Assembly (NCBI RefSeq): GCF_947568905.1
Contig: NC_079164.1
Coordinates: forward strand, 103,540,001 to 103,604,000
Origin: Ostrea edulis
Taxonomy: Eukaryota
Reading direction: 5' to 3'
DNA: 64,000 nucleotides
Shown here piece after piece: positions 26,001 through 39,446 of this stretch. Within the stretch, counting starts at the first letter, position 1; each line of letters opens with the position of its first letter. The notes beneath the pieces were generated by a model that was given only the letters and a program-made list of their open reading frames with translations, was not told the DNA's origin and searched no databases. The position numbers and the translations under genes are program-made.

Positions 26001-26721
26001 CCCACTGATTTTGAGGTCACAAGGTTAATGGTCAAACTACTCTGGCCATAAGATATTTTCTGCTCAATATCTTGAGAACCCTTTGCTTGACAGACATCTA
26101 ATATGGTATATCATATTAGGTGTAGATAACCCTTATTGATTTTGAGGTCACACAGTCCAAGGTCGTTGGTCAAACTGCTCTGGACATAAGGTATTGTCTG
26201 CGGTATCGGAAGAATCTTCATAAAACTTTGTACACTGGTGCCCCCTAATGAGTAGATGATCATCATTGGTTTTGAAGTCACAAGGTCATGACTCAAATCA
26301 CTGGTTATTTGGAAATGTCTGCTAAGTATCTTCAGAGATCAAACTTAATATATGGTTGCCTCTGACAACAGTAGATAACCAATATTTATCACTATCACTA
26401 CAGATATTCTAGATGTAAAAGTTAATCTTTTTAATATTACTACAAGGGGGCATATATGTTTGTTAAATTAAGGAAGATGCATATACAAGTATGTATTTTC
26501 TAGTAGATGTATGGACTTGCATCTGTACTCTAGCCAACATAGATGTGAACCTGTCATTGTCAATGCATGTCTTTTTTCAGATCGAGACAAAAAAACTAGA
26601 AAGTGTGAGAAATTGGAATAGAAGCATGTCAATAAGGAACGTACTACAGGATATTCGGCGCCAAATGACACTAAAGGAAAACAGTAAATTGTCTCAACCC
26701 CCAGAAGGAAGTTCGTTTTGA
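11538..26721 (+). CDS. UBE2V: Ubiquitin-conjugating enzyme E2 variant (UEV1/MMS2 family)
   Basis: Exons 11538-11568, 17348-17484, 22145-22270, 26581-26721 give [144 protein letters not shown]. Hallmark UEV motifs are present, there is no catalytic Cys, and the exon layout resembles vertebrate UBE2V2. Confidence 0.96.
12066..13038. mobile_element. Unclassified non-autonomous element with gtccc/gggac subterminal motif arrays
   Basis: The left end has repeated (cc)gtccc motifs and the right end has the complementary gggac(g)g motifs. The left terminus matches 9931-9971 in inverted orientation. Confidence 0.5.
14210..15453 (+). mobile_element. Mariner (DD34D) transposon, near full length, transposase pseudogenised
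   Basis: TIR cgagggctgttcgatatgta at both ends with TA target duplication. Transposase from ~14409: HTH region, WIPHIL, VTDDETW, H[V]NA and YSPDLAPCD with 34 residues between the 2nd and 3rd catalytic positions. Stop at 14820-14822, frameshifts and an internal deletion. Lies in UBE2V intron 1. Confidence 0.93.
17711..19031 (-). mobile_element. Decayed Tc1-like element
   Basis: Inverted termini ctgtccaaaaagtt (17713) and aactttttggacag (19016). Degenerate transposase-like motifs on the minus strand (LF(S)DE near 18715, RASHR near 18490, LPFGWP near 18440). Confidence 0.5.
17720..18095. repeat. 27-bp minisatellite, ~14 copies
   Basis: Unit aaaagttcacggacagtggtgttttat; explains the VNFYKTPLS / VVFYKSSRT pseudo-ORFs. 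Confidence 0.95.
20048..20813. mobile_element. hAT-type non-autonomous element
   Basis: tagggctg...cagcccta termini, 8-bp TSD ctctcttt (20040-20047 and 20814-20821), subterminal aaccgaa/ttcggtt arrays. Confidence 0.85.
20874..21884. mobile_element. pogo/Tigger-like non-autonomous element
   Basis: TIR cagtaaaatatct / agatattttactg with TA flanks and repeated ttcgagata subterminal motifs. Confidence 0.75.
23570..24592 (+). mobile_element. HINE-like element with internal satellite-like subrepeats
   Basis: Repeated ccaaaattgtaaattt..ccc..gggtaggg units, an ~85-bp segment duplicated at 23572 and 24077, and the terminal ggcctgtgggcctcttgtt shared with 46630-46649. Confidence 0.6.
24607..25265. 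mobile_element. Probable TIR element (MITE)
   Basis: Inverted repeat aatctaattaaaatcaga (~24614) / tctgattttaattagatt (~25240); no clear TSD. Confidence 0.45.
25449..26464 (+). mobile_element. HINE-like element in UBE2V intron 3
   Basis: ttttatgccccctttgaaaaagagggg start, ~120-bp internal tandem units (aaacttggtaca...attgattttgaggtca) and an aggggggcatatatgtt-type end. Confidence 0.6.
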
Positions 26722-28534
26722 TTGGACTGTACAATAATTAAAAAAAAAAGTGCTAGATGATTTTGAATTGTTTGACTGGAACATCACAAGAGAAGATTGG
26801 TTTGTGGACCTTTCTTGATACACTAGAAATTTACTATTCTAGACAAAAATAAAATTTGAAGGGTAAATCCTCTACTGATTCTGTTTAAGTGTGTACGCTG
26901 TGCATTATGTTTTGATCCTGCGTACCAGAATACTGAGATTGCTTGTAATTTGTAGGCATTTCTGTCATTGTTCAATGTCAATCCGGGGGAGTTTTCAGTA
27001 TCAGAACACAAGAAATTGCTAGTATTTTTGTCTAGTGTATTTTTCATCCATAAGAATTGGTATTTGCTTTTTCAAGGATTAAGATTAGGAACTTGAATGA
27101 AATGTCAAAAAATTTTATCTTTCGAAATCTGATTTATATCCTGATGCTATACTATGAAGTGCTTACATACTGATGTGTTACATGTAAGGAATAGGATTAT
27201 GGCATAGTTTTCCTCCCAAAGTATTGAATTATTCACATTGCCAAGGTCATTAAATGCCGAAAGCTGTGGATTTATTAAAGGGCATAGCAATACAACTGTA
27301 CACTTTACTGCATCAACATCTTATGTTTTTGTTTATTTCATTTCTGGTAAAAATATGCAATAGCTCTGACATGAATTATGTTGTCATTGGTTTAGGACAA
27401 TCACTAGATTAACTAGAATTTTATTAAAGTATCATTCAAAAGAATAATCACTAGATTAACTAGAACTTTATAAAAGTACCATTGAAAAAAAAATTATAAC
27501 TGAAGTTCCAATCCCAGAATTTTTTATATAAATAAAACTTGCTAGTGCCACCATTATTTACTTTCATGCAAGATGAAATAATTTTAGTATACAAATGTAT
27601 AGAAAATCACCAAAGTCATTTTCACTTATTGGAAAAGAATTTTTGAACTGTTTTCTGTGAATGTTACATTTAGTTTCTGTGTGATAAAGTTTTCTCCCCT
27701 TTGTAGATGGGATACCACTTCATCAGTTGGTGCAGTGGGGTCTTCATATTGATGCTTTACTTGTAAAACTTTCATCGTTAGATGAATGCTGATGATTGAC
27801 ACATGTATTTGGTTCATTTTGTCCTACTCTTGATAAAATAAACTTATTCTCAATTTTTTGGCATTTGGTTCTCAATTGTTTAGTGATAACTGCAACAATT
27901 ATAGATTATTGACTGAAAATCAGGAAGTATTCCCACCTGAGTTTGTTGCATGGCAAAACGGACCAAGCTCGAGAGGTTTGACTCTATAAATGAAGAGATT
28001 TTTGACAATCTAATTATTAGCACATTCAAACAGATATTCAATGCCTTCTATTAAAATTAACATAGTTTTGTTTGAATGTGGGCACACAATTACTGATAAA
28101 TGTGGGAAGAAAGCATCATTTTTACACATTGAGAAAATAAAAATACTTTATGGTCATTTATAAGACATCATATTCTGTTAGCAAGAGGTCCATGGACCAA
28201 ACTGCACATTTGAGTCACCTAATTCACAAGATATTCATACCACTATCATACCCAATCCAGGCTCCATGGTGCAAATAGAATCCCTACAAAAAATTTACAA
28301 ACCACAGTCTAGACTACCCCAGGACACCTGCACATTGTTTTGACCAATTGTAGACTGGAGCTTCTTGAAAATGATTTCTTCCAATATTTATACCATGTAT
28401 TCCTCTGGAAATCTTTAAACCCAAATATTGGCCCCACCCTTGTCTCTGGGGTTATGATTTGAACAAACTTGAATCTATGCTACATAAGGATACATGCATA
28501 TTAATTTGGTAAATTAGAGAATCAAAAAAGGGGT

Positions 28535-28620
28535 CATCGTCGGATACCCACGGCTGATCTAGTCTTCTACTTGTCACATGATTAGTAGAAGTCGAAATCA
28601 GCTGTGGGTATCCGACGATG
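28535..28620. mobile_element. 86-bp hairpin MITE with 9-bp TSD (Mutator-like)
   Basis: Arms catcgtcggatacccac.gctgat...cttctact / agtagaag...atcagc.gtgggtatccgacgatg, flanked by the direct repeat aaaaggggt (28526-28534 and 28621-28629). Confidence 0.8.
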
Positions 28621-29084
28621 AAAAGGGGTTCTTATATATTTCTATGTAAAACTTTTAAGATGAATCTATACTTGATCCGGATATGTGCACACCAATTTGA
28701 AAATTTGTAGACATTGCTATCCTCGAAAATTTGAAAGATTTTTTCCTGTATCTTGCTAAATCACAGTTGTGGCCTTGCCCTTTTGGAAGGAATCGTGGTT
28801 CGAGTAAACACTCAAATCTTAATTGTAAAAGGAAGCTTTGATACATGTTTTGGCTTTTAAATACTAGGTGCAAGTTTTACTTATCAAAAAAGATCTGACT
28901 GAAGAATTTAGCAAATTTTGACTTTTGAAATTAGATATGATACTTCTGTTTTAATAAGTTAAATGTATTTTCTTAGTATAGGTAGTTAAAAATTTGATGA
29001 TGACAAGAAGGTTGGCCTTCATTTTTTCTCGAAATCTCCTGAGACAGCATGAGGGCAGCCATTTTTCTTTAGATGAAAGAAAAC

Positions 29085-30089
29085 AACAAGAGACCCATGG
29101 ACCACTTTGCTCACCTGAGTCATCTTTGCCCATATCAAAAGATTTTCCACATATATTCACATGTAAAACTTTGGTCCCTATTGTGGCACCAACCTACTGG
29201 GAGCCATGATTTTTACAAATTTGAATCTGCACTATATATATGTCAGAAAGCTTTCATGTAAATGTGAACTTGACTGCCCCAGCAATTCTTCAGATTTTTA
29301 ATGACTTTCCCTATGTAAAACTTTTACCCCCCATTGTGGCCCCACCATATTCCTGGGGGGAGGGGGGCATGATTTGAACAAAGTTGAATCTACACTATGT
29401 CAGGACACTTTCATGTAAATTTTTAATTTCCTTGCCCAGTGGTTCTTGAGAACAATATTTTCCCTATATATTTGCATGTGAAACTTCAATCCCCTATTGT
29501 GGCCCCATCCTACCCCTATTGTGGCCCCATCCTGCCCCTGGAGGCCATGAGTTTTACAAACTTGAATCTGCACAATGTCAGGATGCTTTCTTGTACTTCC
29601 TGGCCAAGTGGTTCTTGAGAAGATTTTGCCTATATATTTGCATGTAAAACTTTTATACCATAATGGGCCCGGGCCTATCCTACCCCCTGGGGCCATGATT
29701 TTAACAAACTTGAATCTGCACTATGCCAGAAAGCTTTGATGTAAATATCTGCTTTTCTGGCTCAGTGGTTCTCGAGATTTTTCCTAAATATTTGTATGTG
29801 GCCCCATCCTACCCCCGGGGATCATGATTTTAACAAACTTGCACTGTCAGGAAGCTTTCATGTAAATTTCAGCTCTTCTGGCCCAGCAGTTTTTATGACC
29901 CCACCCTATTTTCATGATTATCTCCCCTTTGAAGGGGGCATGACCCTTCATTTGAACAAACTTGAAAGCCCTGATGCTTTTGGCCAAGTTTGATTATAAT
30001 TTGCCCAGTGGTTCTGGAGAAGAAGTCGAAAATGTAAAAAGTTTACAGACAAAGGCGATCAGAAAGCTCACTTGAACTTTCAGCTCAGT
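29085..30089 (-). mobile_element. HINE-like element
   Basis: aacaagagacccatggacc...gctcacctgag at the left and gatcagaaagctcacttgaactttcagctcag at the right (reverse complement of the 45122 element), with internal ~150-bp subrepeats. Confidence 0.7.
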
Positions 30090-30982
30090 TTAAGTTTCTC
30101 CCAGACATGATTACACAAGATATTTTTATTAGACTGATTTTAACCAGTAATATGTTTACAGTGATTTTTTAAGACCCATTTTAGGTCCAAATATCGGCCC
30201 TTTTCCTCTCCCAAAAATTACCAATTTTTAACTTGCACTTTTCCCAATAATAAAAACTGGCGAAAAACATTTGTTAAAAAATAATTCAATGTAAATAGTT
30301 TATGTATGACATGACAAAGATGCATCAATTCTAGATGATTTAGAAAGAATAGTAAAAAATCTGAAGAGCTTAAAGAATGGAAGTTAAATATGTAAAATAA
30401 AAGCAGAATGACATCAATTTGTGTTTGATTTCTTGTTTGATATGATATATTTAGCATATTTACAATAATGACCAGATTTTCCCAATTTGATCAAAATGTT
30501 GACAATTTTCCCCAAGTTGAAAGCCACAGGACCCTTTTGAAAAATCACTGGTTAGTGAAGCACTTCCTCCTAACAACCATGGTCTATTCCAACTGTGGCA
30601 AATGACCTCCGCCTATCATAAATATTTGACCCTGAAATTTCAGCTCACAAAGTAGCCTATGAAGTTTCTACCTTGTATAAATCAGTAGTAATGACCGAAG
30701 TACTACAAACAAAATACACCAAAATTGAGATCTCAAAATGAAAACATGTCAAAATTTAAAACTTTAATGTTATACAGCACTTGACTTATGATAAAAACCT
30801 TTTTCACATATATATTTATATTGCCTGGAAGATGGACTTTTTACTGTGTATCAATTATTCTGTGTTTCAAACACAAAACATTGTAATGCACAATAATTGT
30901 TTCACATCAACTCTATGCCCAAAGTGAAAAAAGATGAGTTCAATTTGTTAAGTACGTTTAAATATGAAAATGTATTCCACTG

Positions 30983-33900
30983 TTAATTGGCGAGGAATTC
31001 TCTTTCCACAGCTTCTGCCATTTCATCATCAACAGAGCCAATGGATTCTGCAAATGAATCCTGTGTTTCAGACTCTGAGTCAGGTGCAAACGCTGCCACC
31101 GTTTTTTCATATTTTTCTAGTTCATTTTCACTCTCTTCATCCCGTTGATCTTTCTTTTCTTCCTTATCAGAGCTACTGTCCACTGATTTGGTGGATGTGT
31201 TCCTCTTTTTGAAGTTCCATCCTCTAGGGAAATCCCCAGTCATGCTGTCTCCACTACTGGAGTTATCATCTCCACTACTTAGTACAGACTGTCGGATTCT
31301 CTCATTCCTGTCAATGTCATCTTCCTCCGATTCATCACCTTCTTCATCCATTAAATCTTCCACCTCCTTGTCCATGCATTCCAAATCTTCATCTGAGAAA
31401 GCTAACATTGGGTTATAACTGGTCGAGAAGCGAGCAGTGGTGATTTTGGCTGCTGATGGCACATTAGACGAGTCTCCCTCACTTTCATTTTTCTCTTTTT
31501 CAACCACTACATCCATTTTTTCTTGAGCAGAGTCCATGTCACCATCCTTGTCTTTCCTGGGTCTTTTTGCTGACTCGGGTTTTTCTTCATTTTTGCGTTT
31601 TCTATTAAGGTGTGCTGCATCAGGACTTTCACAATAGGCATTACCAGATGTGGAATCATTCAGTGGATAGAGCCTCTCATCTACAAGCTGCATCCTCTCT
31701 GCACATGTCCATAACCACTGCGGATTCACCAATTTCACATGTTTATGTTTTTGGGCCATTCTGACCTTCACTGTTCCTAGTCTAGCTGCCACTACATGAG
31801 TCGTGCAATCGGATTTATTTGACCCATCTTTTGCACGAAGAATAAAATCAGTATGAATATTTGCTCCAAGCATTTTAGCCACATGGAACGCCCTGCTCTT
31901 TTCTAACTGGACATTCATAGGGAAAACACCACTAAATAATAGATTCTTTCCCTTAAGCACTTTTCTTTTAACATATGGTAAAATATTTTTCATGTCGGGT
32001 TTTTCTGCATTCTCTCCCTTTGAATTTAGCTGGTCATACATATCATAAAAAGCTTTATGGACAGTGACCAAGATATCCTGTAAGTACATTAAATAGTCAT
32101 CATCATCATCCCATTCAATCTCCACACCTTCTCCCTTAGCGTCTTCTTCTTTCCCCATTTCTTCATCCTTGGTTCCCTCACATTCATTTTTCTCATCTTT
32201 GCTATTCTTGCCTGCATCCACTTTTTCACACTTAGCTTCTGTCTTAATTTCCTCTTTTTTTTCTAAATCTGATTTTTCTGTCTGTTCACTTTCCTCATTA
32301 TCTTTGATTTCCTCTGATTTAATCTCTTTTTCACTGTCCTCCTCCTTGGTTTTATTTCCCTCTGTACTACTCCCACTCTCTACCGGTACATCAGGTTCCT
32401 CCTCCTTGGCTTTAATCGACTGTGAATCTACCGTTACATCAGTTTCCCTTTCTTTGTTTTCTTTATCTGATTTCTCCCCAGCGTTCTCTCTACTTTTACT
32501 TTCACTATCAGCTGCCTCAGGACTCGGTTCTCCCGTCTCACCAGTTTTGCTTCCTTGTATCTCCTCTGTGTTCTCTCCACATTTGCTTTCATTTTCAGCT
32601 GTTTTAGAACCCTGATCTTCTGTCTTTTCGCTGCTGTCCTCTTTACTATTAGACCTTGAGACAACGTGTACTTTATGAGTGAGTGGTTCCTTGTCATGCT
32701 CTGTTTTATCCAGTCCTGGTGGGGCGTTAATATCAGCGGTGCCTTGGAAGAATCGGTACGGTTTTACATGGATTAAGTTTGGGGAAAAATTCCAGACATC
32801 TTCTCTATCATCAATAATACAGACCATGGAGTCTCCACAAGGAAAGAGAGCTCTGGAAAAAAAAAGATAATATTATTCTCTGTGGTGTGACAAAAATTCG
32901 CTACCCTTATGTTTAAGAAAAAAATTAAGCTCTTGTTTTACAGAACAACTCATCTACTTAATATAAAAAATATCACATTTACACAACACGACACCCATTA
33001 AAATCACTTTAAATATGAATAGATGTTTACTTTAAATTTGCCATTTTGGAATTCTGATTGAAGCACTCATCCCGGGAGAGAATTCTGTGAGAAAAGTATT
33101 TGCCCTCTGGATCTAAGAACTTGGCAATGATGTGAGCATACATGCGAGATCCAAATGTACAGATGTGTAGCTCATACAGTTGGGATACACTCTTCAAAAA
33201 CTTGTCTGTTGTTGGACGAATCCGGGTATGATACCATGGCATCATGTTCCCATGGCTAAGTTGGAAGTGGTACACATCCTGCAAAGAGGATTTAATAACA
33301 TACACCACTACAAGGTAGAAACATGTGTATCAGGCATGGTACAGCAGACACAGGGTATGATTTTCAGAAAGCTGAACTTCTATAACATTTTTTTTCATGA
33401 TCCATCCAATCTACTTAAGATTGTGATCCATCATACTCCCGGTTCACTCTCTGTAAACTTGTGCATATACATGTACATATAGTAACAGTATAAAACAAAG
33501 TATCATGTAACCAGAGTCTTTGCTAAGCATGGAATCCTAACTTAGTCCCACAAAATCTTCAAAGAACATGAACTCTCCAGATGAATCCAACATAAATATT
33601 GAAATTTCACAATGATGGTAATAAAATTTCAAACATTACATACTGAAATTATACAGAAATATGTGATTACAATATTTTCTTGTAAAATTACCCCCACACG
33701 TACCATTCCCATCATTTAATATGCAATTAATCAACTGATGATGAATGTACTGACATCACGTAATTTAACTACACACATTATGGTTCTCAATGGAAATAAG
33801 TGTAATCAACAACAAGCAGACATACCCATGTTTACAGTACCATAAGTGAAAGTAGACAGAATCCATGACAAGAATGTCAATGAATCAGATCTGTAATATT

Positions 33901-36900
33901 GTGTCTCTCTTTTTCACTAAAAACTGTGTAATTTGATTATCAAGTCCTTGAAACACAACTTTATAAGTTTTATTTCTGACACAAGTTACCTTAATCACGA
34001 TATAATAATTAATGACAGTCCCAAAATGTGCATCTACCTGTATAACATTCCTCCATGTTTATGACATTATGTACTAAAACTCGTGTCTGGAGGTGTGACA
34101 CGTACCCATCTAGACAAACATATTCCTAAAATTTAACAAACCACAACACCACACGACTTCTCTGCTGACACTTAGTAACCCTCAGTGTACAAATTCAACC
34201 ACGACTACAAGTTTTGGACTGATTATCTGTAGAAATGGGATCATTGGGGTGTCAATAAATATTTGATCATTTGAACAATTTTATATGTCCCAATATTTGA
34301 TTATTCTATGAAACATTACACTTAGTGGTGCACTGAATTTTCGAGCTAGGAGACCACAAGACTAGGATGATAATCCACGTAAGTTCACAATCATATTTTT
34401 GACAAGGGACTTCTGGGATTGGCATCAAAAACATTTTCTGGTTAGCTCGGATTATTTCCCGCGCTCTAGTCATTAGAGCTCGCAGTACGAGTTCTATGAA
34501 ATCAGGTTTTAAAACTTCTATTACATATATCATTTGTTGAAGAACTCGAGATATGAATAATTGTACGTTGATTAGCCTATATTTTGTGTTGTAATCACTT
34601 CAAATTCAGCCAGCCCCAAATGAAATTATTTCAACCTGAGATTCTGAAAAACAGATAAAACATGAACAACATATTTAGTTATGTTAAAGATTTTGACATC
34701 CCTAATTATTTCCCTTTGTGTGCTTTGGTATCAGTATTTATGACCTGGATATAGTTGACTTGAATTTGTAAATTTAAAAAATTCCACCGACACATCCACT
34801 TTCACAAGTCCAGTAAATCTTTCTGTGACCAGTCAGCAAAATCAGTTTACCCTGACTGGCTTCTGAAAGTTTGAAGCCACTTGTTGTCACCTTGAGATTG
34901 GGAGGAATGTTGTCGTTGGTGGTGTGAATCAGGGTTTGGTCCAGATCTACCAGTAACACAAGCTTCCTTGTCTTTAGTAGTCTCTCTTCATCCATCTTCC
35001 CCAGCTCCATGGCTTGCTACCACAACAATACAAACATTTCATGTTTCGTGAATCCAAAATCTTGGATAGAAATTGAGGGAAATCATTGTCTTTACAAGTC
35101 AAGAATCTGAGATTTATAAGTTTTATTTTAATTTTCTATTATTAAGATGAGATAAATAATCAGATAAAGAGCATTACACACACGGGACACACTGAATGCA
35201 TTTCAACACCTGTGACAGTAATTTTTCATAATCTGGCATAATGCACAACTACAGGGAAACTTATGAACAGTTCTGTATGTACGAAGGCCACAATTAAAAG
35301 AATGTTTGTTTCCCCTCCCCCGGGTCTAGTTATTAACAGTTCTGTATGTACAAAGGCATGCTAAATAAAGCATTAAAAGACACTTCTCTACAATGGACTA
35401 TCTAGACACTCATAGCATTACAAAGGCATGCTAAATAAAGAATTAAAAGAACTTCTCTACAATGGACTATCTAGACACTCATAGCATCATAAACAAAAAT
35501 TCTCCATCTAAATACACAAGTTTACCTTTTCACTGACAATGAGCTCTGGAATGTTGTGTACCATAGCAACTGAAGCGCTAACTGGTTCTTTTCTGCTACC
35601 TGCAATCCCAGCTTCCCTATAAAATAACCCTCTACATAACAATGTTTGTCATTAATTATCAATACATCAAATAAATGAAAGTTTTATCCATCATATGCAA
35701 CTGGAAGCAATTCTGACATTTTTCTAAAGTGAACAAGATGCATTTCCTAAAACACAGTCTATTCCTATTACATATTCTGTAAGAAAGGCCTTGTCATAAG
35801 AATTACATTAACAGATATAAAAAAAATTCCCACATAAACTTTAAAAAAATTATTAAAGCAAATTTTCAAGATTTTGACAAGGTCAGACACTTCACCTATT
35901 ACATTTTCCGATGTAAAACATAAATCCCTATTATGGCCCCACCCTGAATGTAAGGTTCATGGCCTGAACATACTTGAATTTTCCGATATATTTCTAAATA
36001 TTGAATCATCATCTATATATTGAATTTCCTCTTTGGCTCTAGAAGTCATGATGTTTTCTATCTTTAATATAATCTAAATGAGAATGCCTGCTTATTGACT
36101 ATATTAATTTGACAAGATGAATCTTTATGATTCTCAAAATTATCTTAAAAGAATATTCCTACATATTCTAAAGCCACGAGGCTATGGTATGCTCAAGTAA
36201 GTGATCCCTGTACAAACCTACCGCTAATGCGCATGTAATTTTTATTCAGGATTTTAAATTTTTAGAATGTATAAATCGTGAAATTTTCAGACAAAGTTAT
36301 TTTTGCCTAGGGTAGACATATTAAAAAAAGATTCCATCTCATCTTAAATTCTCATCTACTTCAGCGTAATGAGTAAATTTGAATTCACCCAGTTTTGAAA
36401 TTAATACATTAAAAAAATGACGGAGAAATGAGGAAAAATGAAATGGGAATAAAAATATTTTTGATACACAGTATATGCAATAATTGCAGTTAAGATGTCT
36501 AATAAATTACTGTCGTAAGTCAGCTCCACAATCTGCACACATGTCCTTCATCACAGTGGGATGTGTACAAGACTCCATCTTCACCAGGCCTTCACTAGAA
36601 TTCAAAATAAATTATCGTAAGAATCTTGAAAATTGAGTCATATAAGAAATATTTGTAGGAGCATCCAGTCAGATAAAAAGATAAATAATAATACCCAATC
36701 ACATTGCTATCCCCCCCCCCCCCCCCCCCCCCCCATCAAATGTCAGAACAGAGGCATTATAAATTGCAATGTAAATCAACAATACAATGCATTTTGGTTG
36801 GTGTTTTTGGTATATAATATGATGCTTTGGAATGCATCTAACTAGAAGTAATGAACCCTTCAGACTCAAACTTTTACCATCAACTTGGGCTGACACCAAG

Positions 36901-38768
36901 AATCACAGTGTACGCGAATGATTTTTAATTTTATCACACATTTGGTCTGGTAAACAATCTAGCTTTACCAGACCAAAAATGAATTTACTAGACAAAATTT
37001 TCTTATGTGCAAAATTCAGTCTTTGCGCTTAATGTTTCTGACTACAAGCCTATAGGGTAAGTGAGAGTACAAAATTTGGTAGCCCAAAATAATGGCAAAT
37101 AAGATTTTACTAGCCCAAATGCTGTGTAGGAATGATTCAACATCATTCGAAATTTCAAGTTTAAACATTTTTAATGAGTATAACAAAACAAGTTCAGCTC
37201 TCTTTCAACTTCTAATTCTGTCATTTCACAGTCAGTATCTTCAGAATCCCCCAATTCTGATTCTTCTAGTTCTTCATAATCAGTCTATGCGAAAGTTTTT
37301 TGAACCACACAGGACATTCGGTCCTGTGTAATCAATGAACACACCGGACCGAACCAAATTTTGTCCAACCGAAAAACCTAATGTAAAAAAGTGAAACACG
37401 TGAAAATGCAAAACCAAGGAAATCTTATTTATTATACTAGTATTTACGTATTTGGATTTGTGTGATATTTGTTTACTTATAACAAACATTTAAATGACTC
37501 CACGTCAAAATAGTAAAGCTCAAAACTGGACACCGAGACATTGCAATGTAAATCAACAATACAATGCATTTTGGTTGGTGTTTTTGGTATATAATATGAT
37601 GCTTTGGAATGCATCTAACTTGAAGTAATGAACCCTTCAGATTCAAACTTTTACCATCAACTCGGGCTGACACAAAAAAAAATGATACATTGGACCTGAG
37701 GCATTGAACATCAGTCAGGTCCGACAGTCCGATGTCTTTTGCATAGACTGAAAGTGAGAGAACATTTCTATTTTTAATTTACCGTACTTTACTGTAGGAT
37801 GGAAACGATATGTTCCCTTCAGGATACGTATTGCAACACTTATGCCACAATTCAATATTTTCAATACGATACAATTTACATATAAGAAACCAATAATAAC
37901 TTTGAAGAAAAATCTAATTTAATATAAAGATTCAGTCACAAATTTAAAAGCAAAATATTTCCTTGCCACTGAACAGTAAGATGCCTTTTGGCTCTGTAGT
38001 TTAAACTGATTAAGTTCATTATTGTTTTTGTCAACCTCAAGACTAACGACAGTCTGACCGTTATCGGACACCATTTTGTCCCTCGTGTATCACGTGTATG
38101 TAAAAATAGTAAGTACAGGTCAATCCAGATGCATTTTACCGAACGCAATTTTAAAAACCGCATTGAACCAAAGATCGCGGTAATGAATCGAACATTGAAT
38201 CGAGTGTTACTACAGAACAGTATTGATATTTCAGTGAATAGTTTCAGCCTTACTTAACTGAACATGATCATCACTTGGAACATGCCAATGACCATTTCAT
38301 GCTTCGCTCAGTCCAACTGTCACATTGTTATGCATATAAGATGTCTGAAGGTATATCTTGATATACGTGTAGTGGAGAAATGTATCAGGAAATCTTAGAT
38401 GTTAAAATCCTGGTGATGAAAATGAAGATGAGATACAAGACCCGGAAAAGCGCAGAAAAAGTCACATTGTAAATAGAAGGTTTTACAAAATGTGATCTGT
38501 TTTCATTTGATTTATCCCTATTGTTTTCTTTTAATGCTACAGTTCTGCGGTTATACCTTCCCGGGATAAAATCCTCTTTCGTTTCCAAGACGGTACCAAC
38601 CATGTTTGACTTCAACTTCAAGTTTTTTTTATCCCCTGTCTCATACAAACAAAGAAGTGTTCCCTTTCCAACCCTTGAACCCTGTTTCACTTTCCATTTT
38701 GTTACTGTAATGGGTTTATCATCTGTGGGTGTAATCCATGAGACAGTTCCACTGTCTCTAGACTCCAT
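30983..38768 (-). CDS. CTDP1: RNA polymerase II CTD phosphatase FCP1
   Basis: Exons 38768-38557, 36594-36511 (CTHPTVMKDMCADCG), 35616-35526, 35016-34891 (KLVLLVDLDQTLIHT, the DxDxT motif), 33278-33031 and 32852-30983 (ALFPCGDSMVCIIDDREDVW, DDDDYL, a BRCT domain LFSGVFP...VNPQWLWTC, acidic tail ending MAEAVEREFLAN*). All phases are consistent. Confidence 0.96.
36763..37673 (+). repeat. 134-bp direct duplication (36763-36896 and 37540-37673) in CTDP1 intron 1
   Basis: Near-identical attgcaatgtaaatcaacaatac...gggctgacac segments 777 bp apart. Confidence 0.85.
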
Positions 38769-39446
38769 CTTGAAATCCGCGGGGAACCGTCTTTATTGAA
38801 TATTGAGCCCGACCTTCGGAAACTATTTAGAATTTTTTTTTTTCTTCATACTCTTTCAGTTCCATCCCATATTTTTCCTTTGTAAAATTATTGACTGTTA
38901 AACATTGACCGTATCTATTCATAGCTTCCAATGACCTACATTGCTATTCTTCGTAAGTTGAATACAATACTGAATAATATTTGTTAATTTTCTTAATCAA
39001 TTTAATTTTGTCCGATTGCATGTGACAATCAAAAAATGTGTTGGGAATAGGCGAAAAATTGAAAATAAGAACCCAAGACAATAATCGAATTTATCATTAT
39101 TAATTTGGTTGTATTAATTTTGGCTACATGTATTTGTCAGGAGATTCCTATTCTCTCTGATCGTTTGGTCATGTAAGCTGACTCTAACTATTGATTTCTG
39201 CGTTGAACATTATTCAGCACTTTTACGTGTAGGCCTACTGGAGAATTAACATGTCGTGGATAGGTAAGGCAACACGTGTTGTATGATTTTAAACGGTAGC
39301 ACTCTTTATTTTGTCATAGTCAATTTAAGCGAAAAAAGGAGAAAACACGGTTAATGTTCAGAACCAAAGCTTTAAGGAGATATACGACATCGTCAGATAA
39401 TGGCTGACATCTTTTTAAAACATTAATGGAAACATAAATATGAGAA

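Noticed and set aside
31188-32870. Plus-strand Ser/Leu/Phe-rich ORFs
   Set aside because: Antisense shadows of the Glu/Lys-rich CTDP1 exon.
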